This document shows positions 1 to 13,327 of a DNA stretch of 64,000 bases, piece after piece. Each line of letters starts with the position of its first letter. Position 1 is the first letter of the stretch. Below the pieces are notes generated by a model that did not search any database, was not told the DNA's origin, and saw only the letters and a program-made list of their open reading frames with translations. Source of the stretch: Ignavibacteriota bacterium (lineage in GTDB: Bacteria > Bacteroidota > Ignavibacteria > UBA10030); the NCBI GenBank assembly GCA_963701295.1, contig OY969585.1, positions 1,248,001-1,312,000 on the forward strand, read 5' to 3'. Both the position numbers and the translations under genes were made by a program.

Positions 1-1217
1 TGTTTGATTATCCCAAGACTATTGAGCTTCGCACCTATAATCCGACTATGGAAGGAAACGTCAAACAAATCAAAAAAGCGGCGGAACTTCTCAATGAAGC
101 GAAGCGGCCGCTCTTATATGTTGGCGGCGGTGTTATAAGTTCCAATGCGTCTGCTGAAGTTCGTGCGCTTGCAGATAAGCTGCGTGCTCCGATCACTACA
201 ACATTACATGGATTGGGTGTGTATCCTGAGCAGAGTAAGCTGGCTCTTGGCATGCTTGGCATGCATGGCACATGGTATTCCAATATGGCGGTTGATCAAT
301 GCGATGTACTTGTTGCTATCGGTGCGCGGTTTGATGACCGTGTGACCGGAAGCGTAGAAAAATTTGCGAAGAACGCAAAAAAAATCCATATCGATATTGA
401 TCCGTCTGCCATTAGTAAAAATGTACCAGTGGATGTTCCCATTGTCGGAGATGTGAAGTGCGTTCTCAAACATTTAAACGAACTTGTGAAACCGCTGGAC
501 ACGAAAGAGTGGTTGAAGACTATTGATGGATGGAAAGTCGAACATCCGCTGCGGTATAAGCATGACGAATCGCTTCGTGCTCAACATGTTATTCATAAGC
601 TTGGCGAAATCACAGATGGTAATGCCATCGTTGTGTCCGATGTCGGCCAGTCGCAAATGTGGACGGCGCAGTTCTTCAAATGGAAACACCCACGCACGTG
701 CATAACGTCGGGCGGGTTGGGAACAATGGGTTTTTCGCTCCCGGCAGCCATGGGCGCGGCTTTTGGCAGGAACGACCTGCCGGTTATTTGTATCAGTGGT
801 GACGGCGGTTTTCAAATGAACATTCAAGAATTGGCAACCATTAAACAAAATAACCTGCCCATGAAAATATTTGTTATGAATAACGGGTTTCTCGGTATGG
901 TACGTCAATGGCAGGAATTCTTCTGGAAGAAACGGTATTCGCACACACACATTACCAGTCCGGATTTTGTAAAGGTGGCTGAGGCATACGGTATCCGCGG
1001 TATGCGAGTAACGTCGCCTACAGAAGTGGAAAGCAGTATTAAAACAGCATTGAATTATACAGAAGGCCCCATTTTGATAGAGTTTGTCGTTGCGCCGGAA
1101 GAAAATGTGTATCCAATGATCCCTGCTGGACAAACGGTAAACGAAATTATGGATAGTCCGGAGCCGCTGGAACAAACACATGCGACACATAAAACGATGA
1201 TTCATGCAAAAGGATAA
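1..1217 (+). CDS. ilvB: Acetolactate synthase large subunit (5' end outside window)
   Basis: Frame open from the window start; GMLGMHG, GARFDDRVTG and TPP-binding GDGGFQMN...NNGFLGMVRQWQ motifs; followed by ilvN. Confidence 0.95.
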   Translation, partial: FDYPKTIELRTYNPTMEGNVKQIKKAAELLNEAKRPLLYVGGGVISSNASAEVRALADKLRAPITTTLHGLGVYPEQSKLALGMLGMHGTWYSNMAVDQCDVLVAIGARFDDRVTGSVEKFAKNAKKIHIDIDPSAISKNVPVDVPIVGDVKCVLKHLNELVKPLDTKEWLKTIDGWKVEHPLRYKHDESLRAQHVIHKLGEITDGNAIVVSDVGQSQMWTAQFFKWKHPRTCITSGGLGTMGFSLPAAMGAAFGRNDLPVICISGDGGFQMNIQELATIKQNNLPMKIFVMNNGFLGMVRQWQEFFWKKRYSHTHITSPDFVKVAEAYGIRGMRVTSPTEVESSIKTALNYTEGPILIEFVVAPEENVYPMIPAGQTVNEIMDSPEPLEQTHATHKTMIHAKG

Positions 1218-1243
1218 TGTTACTGAAAACAGGAGAAGAGACC

Positions 1244-1762
1244 ATGGCATCATCAACAACTCATGAACAAATGAAACAGCATACAATTTCGATGACGGTG
1301 GAGAACCATTTCGGTACATTAAATAGAATAGCCGGATTGTTTGCAGCCAAAGGATACAACATCGATAGTCTCACTGTCGGTCCGACTGAAGATGAAGCTG
1401 TCTCGCGTATGACCATTGTAACACGTGGTGACGATCAGATCGTCGAACAAATTATGAAGCAACTTCATAAGCTGATCGATACCATTAAAGTGGTAGATTT
1501 AACAGACGACACGTTTGTCGACAGAGAACTGGCTTTGGTGAAAGTACAATCTACCCCAACAACGCGAATGGAGATCATGCAGATCTCGGAAATTTTCCGT
1601 ACGAAAGTAGTGGATGTCAGTCCAAAAACGCTTACAATAGAAGCGACCGGTTCGCAGCTCAAAGTAGATGCAATTATAAATATGCTGAAACCATTCGGGA
1701 TTAAAGAACTGGCACGCACAGGCCGCGTTGCAATCAAACGAGAGTTTCAAGGCGAAGCATAA
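1244..1762 (+). CDS. ilvN: Acetolactate synthase small regulatory subunit
   Basis: ACT domain VENHFGTLNRIAGLFAAKGYNIDSL and C-terminal ELARTGRVA; start placed at ATG 1244 after AGGAG (1231-1235). Confidence 0.95.
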   Translation: MASSTTHEQMKQHTISMTVENHFGTLNRIAGLFAAKGYNIDSLTVGPTEDEAVSRMTIVTRGDDQIVEQIMKQLHKLIDTIKVVDLTDDTFVDRELALVKVQSTPTTRMEIMQISEIFRTKVVDVSPKTLTIEATGSQLKVDAIINMLKPFGIKELARTGRVAIKREFQGEA

Positions 1763-1797
1763 ATGGATAAAGTGAGAAAGACAGGATTAAGGCAAGA

Positions 1798-4700
1798 GTG
1801 ATGACTTCAGATGTATTTAAAGATTTTCCGCTGTACGACCCGCGTAACGAGCATGATGCATGTGGAATCGGTTTTATCGTTAATGTCAATGCTGAGCGTT
1901 CGCACGATGTTATTTTGAAGGGAATCCAAATCCTGGTGAATCTCGCACATCGAGGTGCGAGCGGCTCCGATCCGAAAACAGGAGATGGTGCCGGTATTAC
2001 CATCCAAATACCGCATATTTTTTTTGCGAGAGAGTGTAATAAGCTTGGTTTTACACTGCCGCCCGAAGGCGAGTACGGTGTTGGAATGTTGTTTCTGCCG
2101 GTCGAACCACAACCGCGGTTTGAATGTGAAGCCATCATCGAGAGAATCGTTCAAGAAGAGGGATTGAGCATGCTTGGATGGCGCGATACTCCGGTGGATG
2201 CTGATGCCATTGGTCGTGTTGCACGAGTGTCGCAGCCGTACATCGAACAAGTTTTCATTCGATGTGCTCTCGGTATGACAACTGATGAGCTTGAGCGTAA
2301 ACTGTATGTTGTTCGGAAACGAGCCGAATCGGAAATTGCTGAATCGACTATTCTGAATAAAAATTTCTTTTATGTCCCGTCGCTGTCTGCGCGGACAATT
2401 ATTTATAAAGGATTACTGATTGCGACGCAAATTGCACGCTTCTATAAAGAGCTGTCGGATCCCGATACGATGAGCGCGCTGTGTCTCGTGCATCAGCGGT
2501 TTTCTACGAACACATTTCCAAGTTGGCAGCTTGCGCATCCGTTCCGATATATTTGTCATAACGGAGAGATCAACACGCTGCGCGGCAACGTCAACTGGAT
2601 GCACGCACGTCAATCAGTCCTTACATCAGATGTATTTGGCAGCAACATCAACAAATTGTTCCCAATCATCCAGCCGGGAGTGAGCGACTCTGCGGCGTTG
2701 GATAATGCAGTCGAACTCATCACAATGAGTGGACGCAGCTTGCCTCATGCGATGACGATTCTTATTCCTGAAGCATGGGGAACTGATACCGATATGTCTC
2801 CTGAGAAACGGGCGTACTATGAATTCCACGCATCGTTGATGGAACCATGGGATGGCCCAGCCGCTGTCGCATTTACCGACGGCCGTGTGATCGGTGCTAC
2901 AATTGATCGCAATGGACTCCGTCCTGCACGTTATTTGGTGACGAATGATAACTTTCTGATCATGGCATCTGAAACAGGAGTGCTGGATGTTGAACCGGAG
3001 AACGTGAAGCACAAAGGTTGTCTTGAACCGGGCAATATGCTGCTTGCCGATCTTACGGAAAAGCGAATCATTCCGGATGAGGAAATTAAAACACGGCTTG
3101 CGAACCGGCAGCCCTATGCTCAATGGATTCAAGACAATCAAATTCGACTAGATCAGCTTCCAGAACCGCCTCGCGAAATTGGTTTCAGTCCGGAGGATTT
3201 GCTCAAACGCCAGCGCGCGTTTGGATATACAGACGAAGATATCCGGATGCTCATAATTCCGATGGCAACTGATGCACAGGAACCTGTGGGTTCGATGGGT
3301 GCGGATACACCGCTGGCATGTCTTTCGGATAAACCGCAGTCATTATTCAATTACTTTAAACAAAATTTTGCACAGGTTACCAATCCGCCGATCGATTCGA
3401 TCCGTGAAGAATTGGTGATGTCGCTGACAAGTTACATCGGCACGGAAAGCAACCTGCTGGACGAGACACCGAAGCATTGCCATACATTGAAATTGCCAGA
3501 ACCGATTCTCACAAACCGTGATCTGGAAAAAATGAGGCGCGTCTCGCAAGGTGATTTTCTTGCCACAATGCTGCCAATGCTTTTCCGGGTTGATGGCGGC
3601 GAAAAAGAACTCGAACGGGCTTTAGATGGCCTCTGCCGCCGTGCGTCGTTGTCGATAAAATCCGGGTACACAATTATCATTCTTTCCGACCGTGGTGTCG
3701 ATGAAGAATATGCAGCGATCCCGAGTTTGCTTGCTCTTACAGCAGTGCACAATCATCTCATCCGCGAAAAAACTCGTACACAAGTAGCACTGGTAGTTGA
3801 ATCTGGCGAGCCGCGTGAAGTCATGCATTATTGCCTGCTCGTTGGATTCGGTGCAAGTGCGGTCAATCCATATCTCGCTATCGAAACATTGGAAGAACTT
3901 GCAAATCGGGGGTATTTTCCAGAGGAGATCACATTTGATAAAGCGGTTTACAATTATAAGAAAGCAATAAACAAAGGAATACTCAAAACAATGTCCAAAA
4001 TGGGTATTTCCACATTGCAAAGTTATCAGGGCGCTCAAGTGTTTGAAGCGCTCGGATTAGGAAAAGGACTTATCGCAAAATATTTTACAGGTATCGCGTC
4101 ACGTATAGGCGGCATTGGACTGAATGAAATAGCGATGGAAGCAAAAATGAAACATGACTTTGCATTCCGGAAACTCACCAGCGCCGATACAGAGCTTGAT
4201 CTCGGCGGGAATTATTATTTCCGCATCAACGGTGAACGGCATACAGTGAATCCTACAACCATCACGAAACTTCAACAGGCGGTTCGGTTATCGGATGAGA
4301 AAAGTTATAAAGAATACGCTCAGCATCTGAACAATCAAAACGGCGGATTGTATAACTTACGCGGACTGATGGAATTTAAAAAAGGAACGCGTACTATTCC
4401 GATCGAAGAAGTGGAAACGGCGAAGGAAATCGTTAAGCGATTTGTTACGGGAGCAATGTCGTACGGCTCCATTAGTAAAGAAGCGCATGAAACACTCGCT
4501 GTTGCAATGAACCGCATGGGTGGCAGGTCGAATACCGGTGAAGGCGGCGAGGATGAAGAACGATTCAAACCGGATGCCGACGGAAATCTTCGCCGGAGCG
4601 CCATTAAACAAATTGCCTCGGCTCGTTTTGGTGTCTCGGCAAATTATTTAGTCAATGCAGATGAAATTCAAATTAAGATTGCACAAGGTGCAAAACCCGG

Positions 4701-6360
4701 CGAGGGCGGGCAGCTCCCCGGTCATAAAGTGGATGCCATCATTGCGAGAACACGGCATTCTATTCAGGGCGTCCAGCTTATTTCACCGCCGCCGCATCAC
4801 GATATTTATTCTATCGAAGATCTGGCGCAATTGATTTTCGATATGAAAAATGTTAATCCGCGCGCACGCATTTCGGTGAAACTTGTTGCAGAAAATGGTG
4901 TCGGCACTGTGGCTGCAGGTGTTGCGAAAGCGCATGCAGATTCGATTCTCATCAGCGGTGACTCAGGCGGAACAGGAGCATCGCCGTTGTCATCCATCAA
5001 GCATGCCGGTATCCCATGGGAGATCGGACTTGCAGAAGCACAACAGGTGCTAGTATTAAACGACCTGCGCAGCCGTGTCCGGTTGCAAACGGATGGAAAA
5101 CTGCAAACCGGCCGCGATGTGGCTATTGCGGCATTATTGGGTGCCGAAGAGTATGGTTTTTCGACCATGCCGTTGATTTCGATGGGATGTATCATGATGC
5201 GAAAATGTCATCTGAATACATGCCCGGTCGGTATTGCAACACAAGATCCAGGTTTGCGTGCGAAGTTCGAAGGAACACCGGATCATATTATTAATTTCTT
5301 TTTTTTCGTTGCTGAAGAATTGCGCGAGATCATGGCACAGCTTGGATTCAGAAAAGTTGACGAAATGATTGGGCGCGTCGATATGCTGGAAGCACGTAAG
5401 GGGGTCGAACACTGGAAGGCAAAACATATCGACCTTTCGTTTCTCCTGCATAATCCTCCGGCACCATCGCGTTTTGGACGCCGTAGTCAAATTTTGCAAG
5501 AGCACGGATTGAATAATGTGCTTGATCATCAGTTAATCGAATATGCAAAAGATGCAATTGAAAAGGCAGCCCCGATTGAATTTGATCTTCCGATTCGGAA
5601 CGTCCATCGGACTGTCGGTGCGATGCTTAGCGGAGAAATTGCTAGAAAATACGGTTCCGCTGGATTGCCGGAGAATACAATCAAAATACATTTTTCTGGT
5701 TCCGCGGGTCAAAGCTTTGGTGCATTTCTGGCGCGGGGAATTACGCTCATGCTTGAAGGAGACGCTAATGACTACACAGGAAAAGGATTATCAGGTGGCA
5801 GACTTATTATTTATCCTTCGCGAAGATCGAAATGTATACCCGAGGAAAATACAGTAGTCGGCAATGTCATTTTGTATGGAGCGACGACCGGCGAAGCGTA
5901 CTTCAATGGAAAAGCAGGCGAACGTTTTGCCATCCGCAACTCTGGTGCGACGGCTGTTGTGGAAGCGGTTGGTGCTCACGGGTGCGAATATATGACGAAT
6001 GGCACAGTAGTGGTTCTCGGACCGACAGGGAAAAATTTTGCAGCAGGTATGTCGGGTGGTTTTGCATACGTGCTGGATGAAACCGGCGCATTTTCTGCAA
6101 CACTTTGTAACCGATCCATGGTTGATGTCGATCCGCTTGATGCGAAAGACGAAGAAACAGTGTTAAAACTAGTGGAAAAACATTTCGAATACACTGCAAG
6201 TCCTCGTGCGCGATTTATTCTCGACCGATGGCAGCAGCTGGTAAAGAAATTTGTCAAAGTATTTCCGCATGACTATAAGAGAATATTAGGCGCAGCAGCA
6301 AATGCGCCTTTGAAGAAAACGACATCGGCAGTAGTTATCGAAGAGGTGTCCCATGGGTAA
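1798..6360 (+). CDS. gltB: Glutamate synthase large subunit
   Basis: 1520 aa; [10 protein letters not shown]-terminus, [27 protein letters not shown], 3Fe-4S motif [15 protein letters not shown]. Confidence 0.98.
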   Translation: MMTSDVFKDFPLYDPRNEHDACGIGFIVNVNAERSHDVILKGIQILVNLAHRGASGSDPKTGDGAGITIQIPHIFFARECNKLGFTLPPEGEYGVGMLFLPVEPQPRFECEAIIERIVQEEGLSMLGWRDTPVDADAIGRVARVSQPYIEQVFIRCALGMTTDELERKLYVVRKRAESEIAESTILNKNFFYVPSLSARTIIYKGLLIATQIARFYKELSDPDTMSALCLVHQRFSTNTFPSWQLAHPFRYICHNGEINTLRGNVNWMHARQSVLTSDVFGSNINKLFPIIQPGVSDSAALDNAVELITMSGRSLPHAMTILIPEAWGTDTDMSPEKRAYYEFHASLMEPWDGPAAVAFTDGRVIGATIDRNGLRPARYLVTNDNFLIMASETGVLDVEPENVKHKGCLEPGNMLLADLTEKRIIPDEEIKTRLANRQPYAQWIQDNQIRLDQLPEPPREIGFSPEDLLKRQRAFGYTDEDIRMLIIPMATDAQEPVGSMGADTPLACLSDKPQSLFNYFKQNFAQVTNPPIDSIREELVMSLTSYIGTESNLLDETPKHCHTLKLPEPILTNRDLEKMRRVSQGDFLATMLPMLFRVDGGEKELERALDGLCRRASLSIKSGYTIIILSDRGVDEEYAAIPSLLALTAVHNHLIREKTRTQVALVVESGEPREVMHYCLLVGFGASAVNPYLAIETLEELANRGYFPEEITFDKAVYNYKKAINKGILKTMSKMGISTLQSYQGAQVFEALGLGKGLIAKYFTGIASRIGGIGLNEIAMEAKMKHDFAFRKLTSADTELDLGGNYYFRINGERHTVNPTTITKLQQAVRLSDEKSYKEYAQHLNNQNGGLYNLRGLMEFKKGTRTIPIEEVETAKEIVKRFVTGAMSYGSISKEAHETLAVAMNRMGGRSNTGEGGEDEERFKPDADGNLRRSAIKQIASARFGVSANYLVNADEIQIKIAQGAKPGEGGQLPGHKVDAIIARTRHSIQGVQLISPPPHHDIYSIEDLAQLIFDMKNVNPRARISVKLVAENGVGTVAAGVAKAHADSILISGDSGGTGASPLSSIKHAGIPWEIGLAEAQQVLVLNDLRSRVRLQTDGKLQTGRDVAIAALLGAEEYGFSTMPLISMGCIMMRKCHLNTCPVGIATQDPGLRAKFEGTPDHIINFFFFVAEELREIMAQLGFRKVDEMIGRVDMLEARKGVEHWKAKHIDLSFLLHNPPAPSRFGRRSQILQEHGLNNVLDHQLIEYAKDAIEKAAPIEFDLPIRNVHRTVGAMLSGEIARKYGSAGLPENTIKIHFSGSAGQSFGAFLARGITLMLEGDANDYTGKGLSGGRLIIYPSRRSKCIPEENTVVGNVILYGATTGEAYFNGKAGERFAIRNSGATAVVEAVGAHGCEYMTNGTVVVLGPTGKNFAAGMSGGFAYVLDETGAFSATLCNRSMVDVDPLDAKDEETVLKLVEKHFEYTASPRARFILDRWQQLVKKFVKVFPHDYKRILGAAANAPLKKTTSAVVIEEVSHG

Positions 6361-7774
6361 GCCGACCGGATTTTTGGAATATAAGCGCGAAACACCTGCA
6401 CACCGGTCGGTAGCCGAACGTATTAATGATTGGCAAGATGTTTATCAGGAGTTTACTGATCAAAAGGTTCGGACACAGGGAGCGCGCTGTATGGATTGCG
6501 GAATTCCATTCTGTCATCTTGGATGTCCGTTGAACAATGTTATTCCGCATTGGAACGATCTTGTGTACCGGAATCGATGGAAAGAAGCGATCCGAATTTT
6601 ACATTCAACCAATAATTTTCCGGAATTCACAGGACGTATTTGTCCGGCGCCGTGCGAAACGGCATGCGTGTTAGACATCAATGAACCGGCCGTTGCGATC
6701 AAAGCGATCGAGTGCTCAATCATCGATGTTGCATTCCGCGAAGGATGGATCAAACCCGAACGTCCAGCTGTACGAACAGGAAAAACGATTGCAGTGATTG
6801 GATCGGGACCGGCTGGACTTGCAGCGGCACAACAATTGAATCGTGCCGGACATCATGTTACGGTATACGAGAAGAGCGACCGCATCGGTGGATTGTTACG
6901 TTATGGAATTCCCGATTTCAAATTGGAAAAATTTCAGATTGACCGGCGCATCGAAATAATGCAGGCAGAAGGGATCGTTTTCGCAACAAAAGCCCATGTT
7001 GGAGTGAATATTGCTTCCGATGAATTGCAAAGGTCGTACAGTGCGTTACTTCTAACCGGCGGATCTGAATCTCCCCGCGATCTGAAAGTTCCTGGCCGTG
7101 ATTTGAAAGGAATTCACTTTGCGATGGATTTTCTGACACAGCAAAATAAGCGAGTTGGCGGGATTATTGTTGATCCAACAAAATCAATTCTCGCAGCAGG
7201 TAAGCGGGTTATTATTCTTGGCGGCGGCGATACTGGCGCTGACTGTCTTGGCACCTGCCATAGGCAGAAGGCAGCATCAGTCCAGCAGTTTGAGATTATG
7301 CCGAAGCCTCCAATTGACAGATCTCCCAGCACACCGTGGCCGTTGTGGCCGCTGCAGTTGCGCACAGAGAGTGCTCATGAAGAAGGCGGAATACGAAATT
7401 GGTCTATCGCGACAACCCGTTTTGAAGGCGATACAGAAGGCAATGTAAAGAAATTACATGCCGTACGTGTCGATCCAGCACCGGATTTCAAACCGGTTCC
7501 TGGATCAGAATTTTCCATCGACACCGATATGGTATTAATTGCCATGGGATTCACTGGTCCGACAAAAAGCGGATTGCTTGATGAATTAGGCGTTGCGCTC
7601 GATTCCCGTGGGAATGTATCTACGGACGAAAATTATTTGACTTCCATTCCCGGAGTATATGCAGCGGGAGATATGCGGCGCGGCCAGTCATTGGTCGTTT
7701 GGGCAATTGCAGAAGGAAGGAAAGCTGCCCGTGCAATGGATCTTCATTTAATGGGATTTTCGAATTTACCATAG
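6353..7774 (+). CDS. gltD: Glutamate synthase small subunit
   Basis: MGKPTGF start, [38 protein letters not shown]; overlaps the gltB stop. Confidence 0.97.
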   Translation: MGKPTGFLEYKRETPAHRSVAERINDWQDVYQEFTDQKVRTQGARCMDCGIPFCHLGCPLNNVIPHWNDLVYRNRWKEAIRILHSTNNFPEFTGRICPAPCETACVLDINEPAVAIKAIECSIIDVAFREGWIKPERPAVRTGKTIAVIGSGPAGLAAAQQLNRAGHHVTVYEKSDRIGGLLRYGIPDFKLEKFQIDRRIEIMQAEGIVFATKAHVGVNIASDELQRSYSALLLTGGSESPRDLKVPGRDLKGIHFAMDFLTQQNKRVGGIIVDPTKSILAAGKRVIILGGGDTGADCLGTCHRQKAASVQQFEIMPKPPIDRSPSTPWPLWPLQLRTESAHEEGGIRNWSIATTRFEGDTEGNVKKLHAVRVDPAPDFKPVPGSEFSIDTDMVLIAMGFTGPTKSGLLDELGVALDSRGNVSTDENYLTSIPGVYAAGDMRRGQSLVVWAIAEGRKAARAMDLHLMGFSNLP

Positions 7775-7893
7775 GATTTTGTTTGCGAAGATCACAAAGA
7801 AATGTTGAGTGACGCTGTGTCCTTGTTGATTAAGATCGGTTTAAGAATTGTGAAAATAGGAAAATAATCATTTTAAATAAGGAGAAAAAAAAC

Positions 7894-8994
7894 ATGGCAA
7901 TTATCGATTTTGGCGGTGAGAAAGAAGAAGTTGTTACCCGTAAAGAATTTACACTTGCAAAAGCGCGCAAAGTTCTAAAGAAAGAAGTTGTAGCTGTCAT
8001 TGGCTATGGCGTACAAGGACCTGCCCAAGCTCTGAACATGAAAGATAACGGCATTCATGTGATCATCGGCCAGTCGAAAGAATATAAAAAGGACTGGGAT
8101 CGCGCAGTGAAAGATGGTTGGGTTCCCGGCAAAACTCTTTTTCCGATTGAAGAAGCTGTTCGGCGTGGAACAATTATTCAAATGCTTGTATCTGATGCAG
8201 CTCAGCGAATTATTTGGCCTGTGGTCAAACAAAATCTCAAATCCGGTGATGCGTTGTACTTTTCGCATGGATTCTCTATTACCTATAAAGAAGAGACAGG
8301 TGTAATCCCGCCGAAAGACGTCGATGTGATCTTGGTTGCTCCAAAAGGTTCCGGTTTGAATGTTCGCCGTAACTTTCTGTCCGGTGCCGGTATCAATTCA
8401 AGCTATGGAGTGTTTCAGGATGCTACTGGCCGAGCAGAAGAACGTTGCTTGGCTATCGGTATTGCCATTGGTTCCGGGTATTTGTTCCCGACAACATTTT
8501 TGAAAGAGGTCTATAGTGACCTTACGGGCGAACGTGGTGTGTTGATGGGCGCGCTTGCAGGTCTTATGCAGGCACAGTATGACGTCCTCCGCAAGAACGG
8601 CCATTCACCGTCGGAAGCGTTCAATGAAACAGTTGAGGAATTAACACAGAGTCTTATCCGGCTTGTTGATGAAAACGGAATGGACTGGATGTATTCAAAC
8701 TGTTCCGTCACTGCACAACACGGTGCGCTGAAGTGGAGACCGATTTTCCATCAGGCAAACCTGCCAGTGTTCGAAAAGTTGTATGAATCCGTGAGGAGCG
8801 GTCAGGAAACTCGCGAAGTGATTCAAGATTGCGGCGGCAAGGATTATCAAGAGTATTTAGCGAAAAAACTTGGAGAAATTCATAATTCTGAAATGTGGGA
8901 AGCCGGTGCCGCCGTCCGTGCGCTTCGCCCCAAAGAAAAAGCGAAAGCTATTTCCAAGAAGATTAAAGGAGTCAGCGGCCGAGGACAGAATTAA
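7894..8994 (+). CDS. ilvC: Ketol-acid reductoisomerase
   Basis: GYGVQG, FSHGF, VAPKGSG, SDLTGERGVLMG, AFNETVEE motifs; AAGGAG RBS. Confidence 0.96.
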   Translation: MAIIDFGGEKEEVVTRKEFTLAKARKVLKKEVVAVIGYGVQGPAQALNMKDNGIHVIIGQSKEYKKDWDRAVKDGWVPGKTLFPIEEAVRRGTIIQMLVSDAAQRIIWPVVKQNLKSGDALYFSHGFSITYKEETGVIPPKDVDVILVAPKGSGLNVRRNFLSGAGINSSYGVFQDATGRAEERCLAIGIAIGSGYLFPTTFLKEVYSDLTGERGVLMGALAGLMQAQYDVLRKNGHSPSEAFNETVEELTQSLIRLVDENGMDWMYSNCSVTAQHGALKWRPIFHQANLPVFEKLYESVRSGQETREVIQDCGGKDYQEYLAKKLGEIHNSEMWEAGAAVRALRPKEKAKAISKKIKGVSGRGQN

Positions 8995-9015
8995 TTCGAT
9001 TTGATGTATTACAAA

Positions 9016-9048
9016 GTGTCGGGGCGTTCTCTCAAACGCCTCTGCACA
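9016..9048 (+). terminator. Stem-loop downstream of ilvC (terminator or mRNA-stabilising hairpin)
   Basis: GGGGCGTT-ctctca-AACGCCTC stem extended by GTG/CAC; no strong U-tract. Confidence 0.35.
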
Positions 9049-9090
9049 TTAATAAAATATTTTCACTCATAGATCATGCAAAGGCTATTT

Positions 9091-10671
9091 ATGCAACAAA
9101 TTTCATTGTATGACACGACGCTGCGCGACGGCACACAAGGAGAAGATGTTTCCTTTTCTGCCGAAGATAAAATAAAGATCGCAAAACGGCTCGATTCTTT
9201 TGGTATAGCGTACATCGAAGGCGGATGGCCCGGTTCGAATCCCAAGGATATGGAATTCTTCGAGCGCGCTCGTGACACCAAATTCACGCATGCAAAGATT
9301 GCGGCGTTCGGATCCACACGCCGGGCGAAAAATCCTGTTGAAAAGGATGCGAATATTCGTGCATTATTAGATGCGCAGACACCAGTTGTGACCATCTTCG
9401 GAAAATCATGGCTTCTCCATGTGAAACAAGCGCTGCAAATTTCTCCTGAAGAGAATTTGATAATCATTGCCGATTCCGTTGCCTATCTCAAGAAGCATGG
9501 GAAAGAAGTGATCTACGATGCAGAACATTTCTTCGATGGGTATAAACAGGATAAAGCCTATGCTGCACAGACGCTGCAAGCTGCCGGAAAAGCTGGTGCC
9601 GAAATTCTTGTTCTCTGTGACACTAACGGCGGAACATTGCCGTGGGAAGTAGCGGAAATAGTACGCAAAGTCAAGAAAAACATCTCGACCCCTCTCGGTA
9701 TTCACACGCACAACGATTCCGAAACAGCAGTCGCAAGTTCATTACTGGCAGTACGCGAAGGATGTATCCAAGTGCAGGGGACAATCAACGGTTATGGCGA
9801 ACGTTGCGGGAATGCCAATCTATGCTCTATTATACCCGATCTCCAATTGAAGATGGGATATCGATGCGTTTCGGATGAACAGCTGCTACATCTCACCGCT
9901 GTCTCGCGCTACGTGAGTGAACTGGCAAATATGAAACATCAGAAAAATCTTCCTTTTGTGGGGGAAAGTGCGTTTGCTCATAAAGGCGGCGTTCATGTCA
10001 GTGCGGTGATGAAAACTGCGCTCACCTATGAGCATATTGTACCGGATGCAGTTGGGAGTGTTCGTCGAGTACTGATTTCTGATCTTTCTGGCCGAAGCAA
10101 TATTATTTTCAAAGCAAAAGAGTTAGGCGTACAGCTTGATGAGAAGTCTCCGGCCGTGCAGAAAATTGTTGACGAGATCAAAGAGATGGAACACTACGGC
10201 TACAGCTATGAAGATGCCGAAGGATCGTTTGAGTTGATGGTAAAGCGTCATACGGGAGAAATGAAACATTTCTTCGATTTAGAGCGATTCAAGGTTAGTA
10301 TCCAAAAAGATAGTCTTGAAAAAGATGCACGTTCTGAAGCGTTGATTAAGATACGCGTAGGCAACGAAACAGAAATCACCGCTGCCGAAGGAGACGGTCC
10401 GATAAACGCACTCGATAAAGCATTGCGTAAGGCTCTTGAAAAATTTTATCCTGAATTGAGTCAGATCCATTTGACCGATTACAAGGTACGTGTGCTCGAC
10501 ACACAAAATGCCACAGCAGCAAAGGTGCGCGTATTGATCGAAACTGAGAACGGTGAATCGTCATGGAATACGGTTGGCGTGTCTCCGGACGTGGTGGAAG
10601 CGAGCTGGAAAGCGCTGGTCGATTCGATCAGTTATCATTTGTTAAAGCATCGTACACCCGATATAGTCTAA
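9091..10671 (+). CDS. cimA: Citramalate synthase (LeuA-like, CimA type)
   Basis: [53 protein letters not shown]; distinct from the separate leuA. Alternative start 9076. Confidence 0.9.
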   Translation: MQQISLYDTTLRDGTQGEDVSFSAEDKIKIAKRLDSFGIAYIEGGWPGSNPKDMEFFERARDTKFTHAKIAAFGSTRRAKNPVEKDANIRALLDAQTPVVTIFGKSWLLHVKQALQISPEENLIIIADSVAYLKKHGKEVIYDAEHFFDGYKQDKAYAAQTLQAAGKAGAEILVLCDTNGGTLPWEVAEIVRKVKKNISTPLGIHTHNDSETAVASSLLAVREGCIQVQGTINGYGERCGNANLCSIIPDLQLKMGYRCVSDEQLLHLTAVSRYVSELANMKHQKNLPFVGESAFAHKGGVHVSAVMKTALTYEHIVPDAVGSVRRVLISDLSGRSNIIFKAKELGVQLDEKSPAVQKIVDEIKEMEHYGYSYEDAEGSFELMVKRHTGEMKHFFDLERFKVSIQKDSLEKDARSEALIKIRVGNETEITAAEGDGPINALDKALRKALEKFYPELSQIHLTDYKVRVLDTQNATAAKVRVLIETENGESSWNTVGVSPDVVEASWKALVDSISYHLLKHRTPDIV

Positions 10672-10703
10672 TGTAGTAAGTCATTTATAGAGGAAATTGT
10701 TCA

Positions 10704-11744
10704 ATGATTATTGTGATGAAGGCCGGTGCGAGTCAGCAGCAAATTGAACATGTTTTTGACAAAGTCAAAGAACTTGGATTCAAAGTTCACCCAATCTATG
10801 GGGAACTGCGCACGGTCATTGCATGTGTGGGTGATGAGCGCGGTAAATTTCGACTGCAGGCACTCGACTCACTTGATGGAGTAGAAAATGTCGTTCCAAT
10901 TCTTAAACCATTTAAACTTGCTAGCCGTGAGTGGCATGGTTCACGGACAACGATAACAATTCCTCCACCAAGTGGAAGCTCTATGCCGCCGGTTGTAATC
11001 GGAAGCGACCAATTTGTCGTGATGGCGGGACCGTGCTCCGTAGAAAGTCGAGAACAGATTTTACAATCGGCAGAACTAGTAAAAAAAGCCGGTGCAAAAG
11101 TACTGCGTGGCGGAGCATTTAAGCCGCGGACATCACCGTACAGTTTTCAAGGATTAGAAGAAGAAGGATTGAAACTTCTTGCCGAAGCACGCGAAAAAAC
11201 TGGATTGCTTATTGTTACAGAAGTAATCACTCCAACGGATGTAGCCCTCGTTGCCGAATATTCGGACATTCTTCAGCTTGGTGCACGTAATATGCAGAAT
11301 TTTGTTTTACTGAAAGAAGTCGGCAAGCAAAAAAAACCGGTCTTGCTCAAACGCGGACAGTCCAGCACTTTAAAAGAACTCTTAATGTCGGCTGAGTATA
11401 TTATGTCTCAAGGCAACGAACAAGTGATACTCTGCGAACGCGGTATCCGGACATTTGAAGATTATACCCGTAACACGTTCGATCTTTCCGCGGTGCCTGC
11501 GTTGAAAGAACTCAGTCATTTGCCCGTTATCGCCGATCCAAGTCATGGGACCGGTGTACGAAGTCTCGTAACGCCGATGGCAAAGGCTGCTGTTGCTGCG
11601 GGTGCTGATGGATTGATTATCGAAGTGCATCCGAATCCGGAAGAAGCGTTTTCCGATGGGGCACAATCACTTGCACCGGATCAATTTTCAGCGCTGATGG
11701 ATTGGATTCGTAAACTAGCACAAATTGAAAATAAAAAGATATAG
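10704..11744 (+). CDS. aroF: 3-deoxy-7-phosphoheptulonate (DAHP) synthase, type I-beta with N-terminal regulatory domain
   Basis: [40 protein letters not shown]. Confidence 0.93.
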   Translation: MIIVMKAGASQQQIEHVFDKVKELGFKVHPIYGELRTVIACVGDERGKFRLQALDSLDGVENVVPILKPFKLASREWHGSRTTITIPPPSGSSMPPVVIGSDQFVVMAGPCSVESREQILQSAELVKKAGAKVLRGGAFKPRTSPYSFQGLEEEGLKLLAEAREKTGLLIVTEVITPTDVALVAEYSDILQLGARNMQNFVLLKEVGKQKKPVLLKRGQSSTLKELLMSAEYIMSQGNEQVILCERGIRTFEDYTRNTFDLSAVPALKELSHLPVIADPSHGTGVRSLVTPMAKAAVAAGADGLIIEVHPNPEEAFSDGAQSLAPDQFSALMDWIRKLAQIENKKI

Positions 11745-11755
11745 GAGAGTTGACC

Positions 11756-13318
11756 ATGGAAGACCGCGTATTTATATTCGACACCACTCTACGTGATGGT
11801 GAACAATCACCTGGGTGCAGCATGAACTTTGAAGAGAAGATTCGCATGGCCCGTCAGATCCAACTCCTCTGCGTGGATGTGATTGAAGCAGGATTCCCTA
11901 TTTCATCTGTTGGTGACTTCGAGTCGGTAAGATTGATTGCAGAAAAGATCAAGACCTGCACAGTTGCCGCACTTGCTCGTGCAGTGAAACCGGACATCGA
12001 TCGTGCGTGGGAAGCAATTCGTGAAGCAGCAAAACCACGCATACATATATTTATCGCAACTTCGGATTTGCATCTCAAATACAAACTGAAGAAATCTCGA
12101 GAGCAAGTATTAAAGGATGCCGTATGGGCGGTGCAATTTGCGAAGTCATTGTGTGATGATATTGAATTCTCATGCGAAGACGCCTCTCGGAGCGATATCA
12201 ATTATCTTTGCGAAATCGTGGAAGCCACGATTAAGGCAGGTGCAACGATCATCAATCTGCCGGACACGGTGGGTTATGCAATTCCTGATGAGTACGGTGC
12301 CATGTTCCGCATGATTAGCGAACGCGTTCCCAATATTGGGTCAGCTGTTTTGAGTTCGCATTGTCACAATGACCTCGGATTGGCCGTTGCCAATTCCATT
12401 GCTGCCATTCAAAATGGTGCACGTCAAATAGAATGCACCATCAACGGTATCGGTGAACGTGCAGGTAATGCATCGCTGGAAGAGATCGTCATGGCGATAA
12501 AAACCCGGCACGAAAAGCTTGGTTTGAAAACAAATGTCGATGCCGAAGAAATCTATAAATCGAGTAAGTTGTTGAGCAGTCTTACCGGAATGATGGTACA
12601 GCGGAATAAAGCAATCGTGGGTGCGAATGCATTTGCGCATGAAGCTGGTATTCATCAGGATGGAATGTTGAAAAGTCCGCTAACGTACGAGATTATGACT
12701 CCGCAGTCTGTTGGGATCAAGCATAGCATGCTGGTCCTTGGAAAACATTCGGGCCGCCACGCATTGAAACAGCGGTATGCTGAACTCGGATATCAATTGA
12801 CAGATGAAGAACTTCAGCATGCGTATCAACTCTTTTGCTCGATAGCCGATCAGAAGAAGGAAGTATTTGATGAAGACTTAGAAACTATTCTTGAGTCAGG
12901 CGTCAGTTCAACAGAAGAAGTCTATCATCTGGTGAATCTCCAAATCACGAGCGGCACCAATCTGCGCCCAACGGCAACGATTGAATTGAAACAAGGGGAT
13001 CAGTTGATAGTAGATTCCGCAACGGGCGATGGCCCGGTTGATGCTGCCTATAAAGCTGTTGAGAGAATTACAGGTGTTGTAGGTAAACTGACAGAGTATT
13101 CCATTAAATCTGTGCATACTGGACATGATGCTCTTGGAGAAGTCTTTGTTCGAATTGATTTCAATGGTTTATTGTTTAATGGACGCGCAGCAAGCACGGA
13201 TATCATTACCGGGAGTGTGAGCGCTTACATTGAAGCATTGAACCGCGCTCTGGCTTCAAAAAAACGAAAAGAAGAACAACAAAAGAAAATATTTCCAAAA
13301 GATAGTGTTATTGTCTGA
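11756..13318 (+). CDS. leuA: 2-isopropylmalate synthase
   Basis: FDTTLRDGEQSPG, HCHNDLGLA, GIGERAGNA, AHEAGIHQDG, C-terminal regulatory domain; AGGAG RBS before ATG 11756. Confidence 0.96.
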   Translation: MEDRVFIFDTTLRDGEQSPGCSMNFEEKIRMARQIQLLCVDVIEAGFPISSVGDFESVRLIAEKIKTCTVAALARAVKPDIDRAWEAIREAAKPRIHIFIATSDLHLKYKLKKSREQVLKDAVWAVQFAKSLCDDIEFSCEDASRSDINYLCEIVEATIKAGATIINLPDTVGYAIPDEYGAMFRMISERVPNIGSAVLSSHCHNDLGLAVANSIAAIQNGARQIECTINGIGERAGNASLEEIVMAIKTRHEKLGLKTNVDAEEIYKSSKLLSSLTGMMVQRNKAIVGANAFAHEAGIHQDGMLKSPLTYEIMTPQSVGIKHSMLVLGKHSGRHALKQRYAELGYQLTDEELQHAYQLFCSIADQKKEVFDEDLETILESGVSSTEEVYHLVNLQITSGTNLRPTATIELKQGDQLIVDSATGDGPVDAAYKAVERITGVVGKLTEYSIKSVHTGHDALGEVFVRIDFNGLLFNGRAASTDIITGSVSAYIEALNRALASKKRKEEQQKKIFPKDSVIV

Positions 13319-13327
13319 CGAAAAGAA

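Noticed and set aside
474-1319. 281-aa antisense ORF over ilvB, and the many other 60-180 aa overlapping ORFs
   Set aside because: They shadow well-supported genes and have no motifs or RBS
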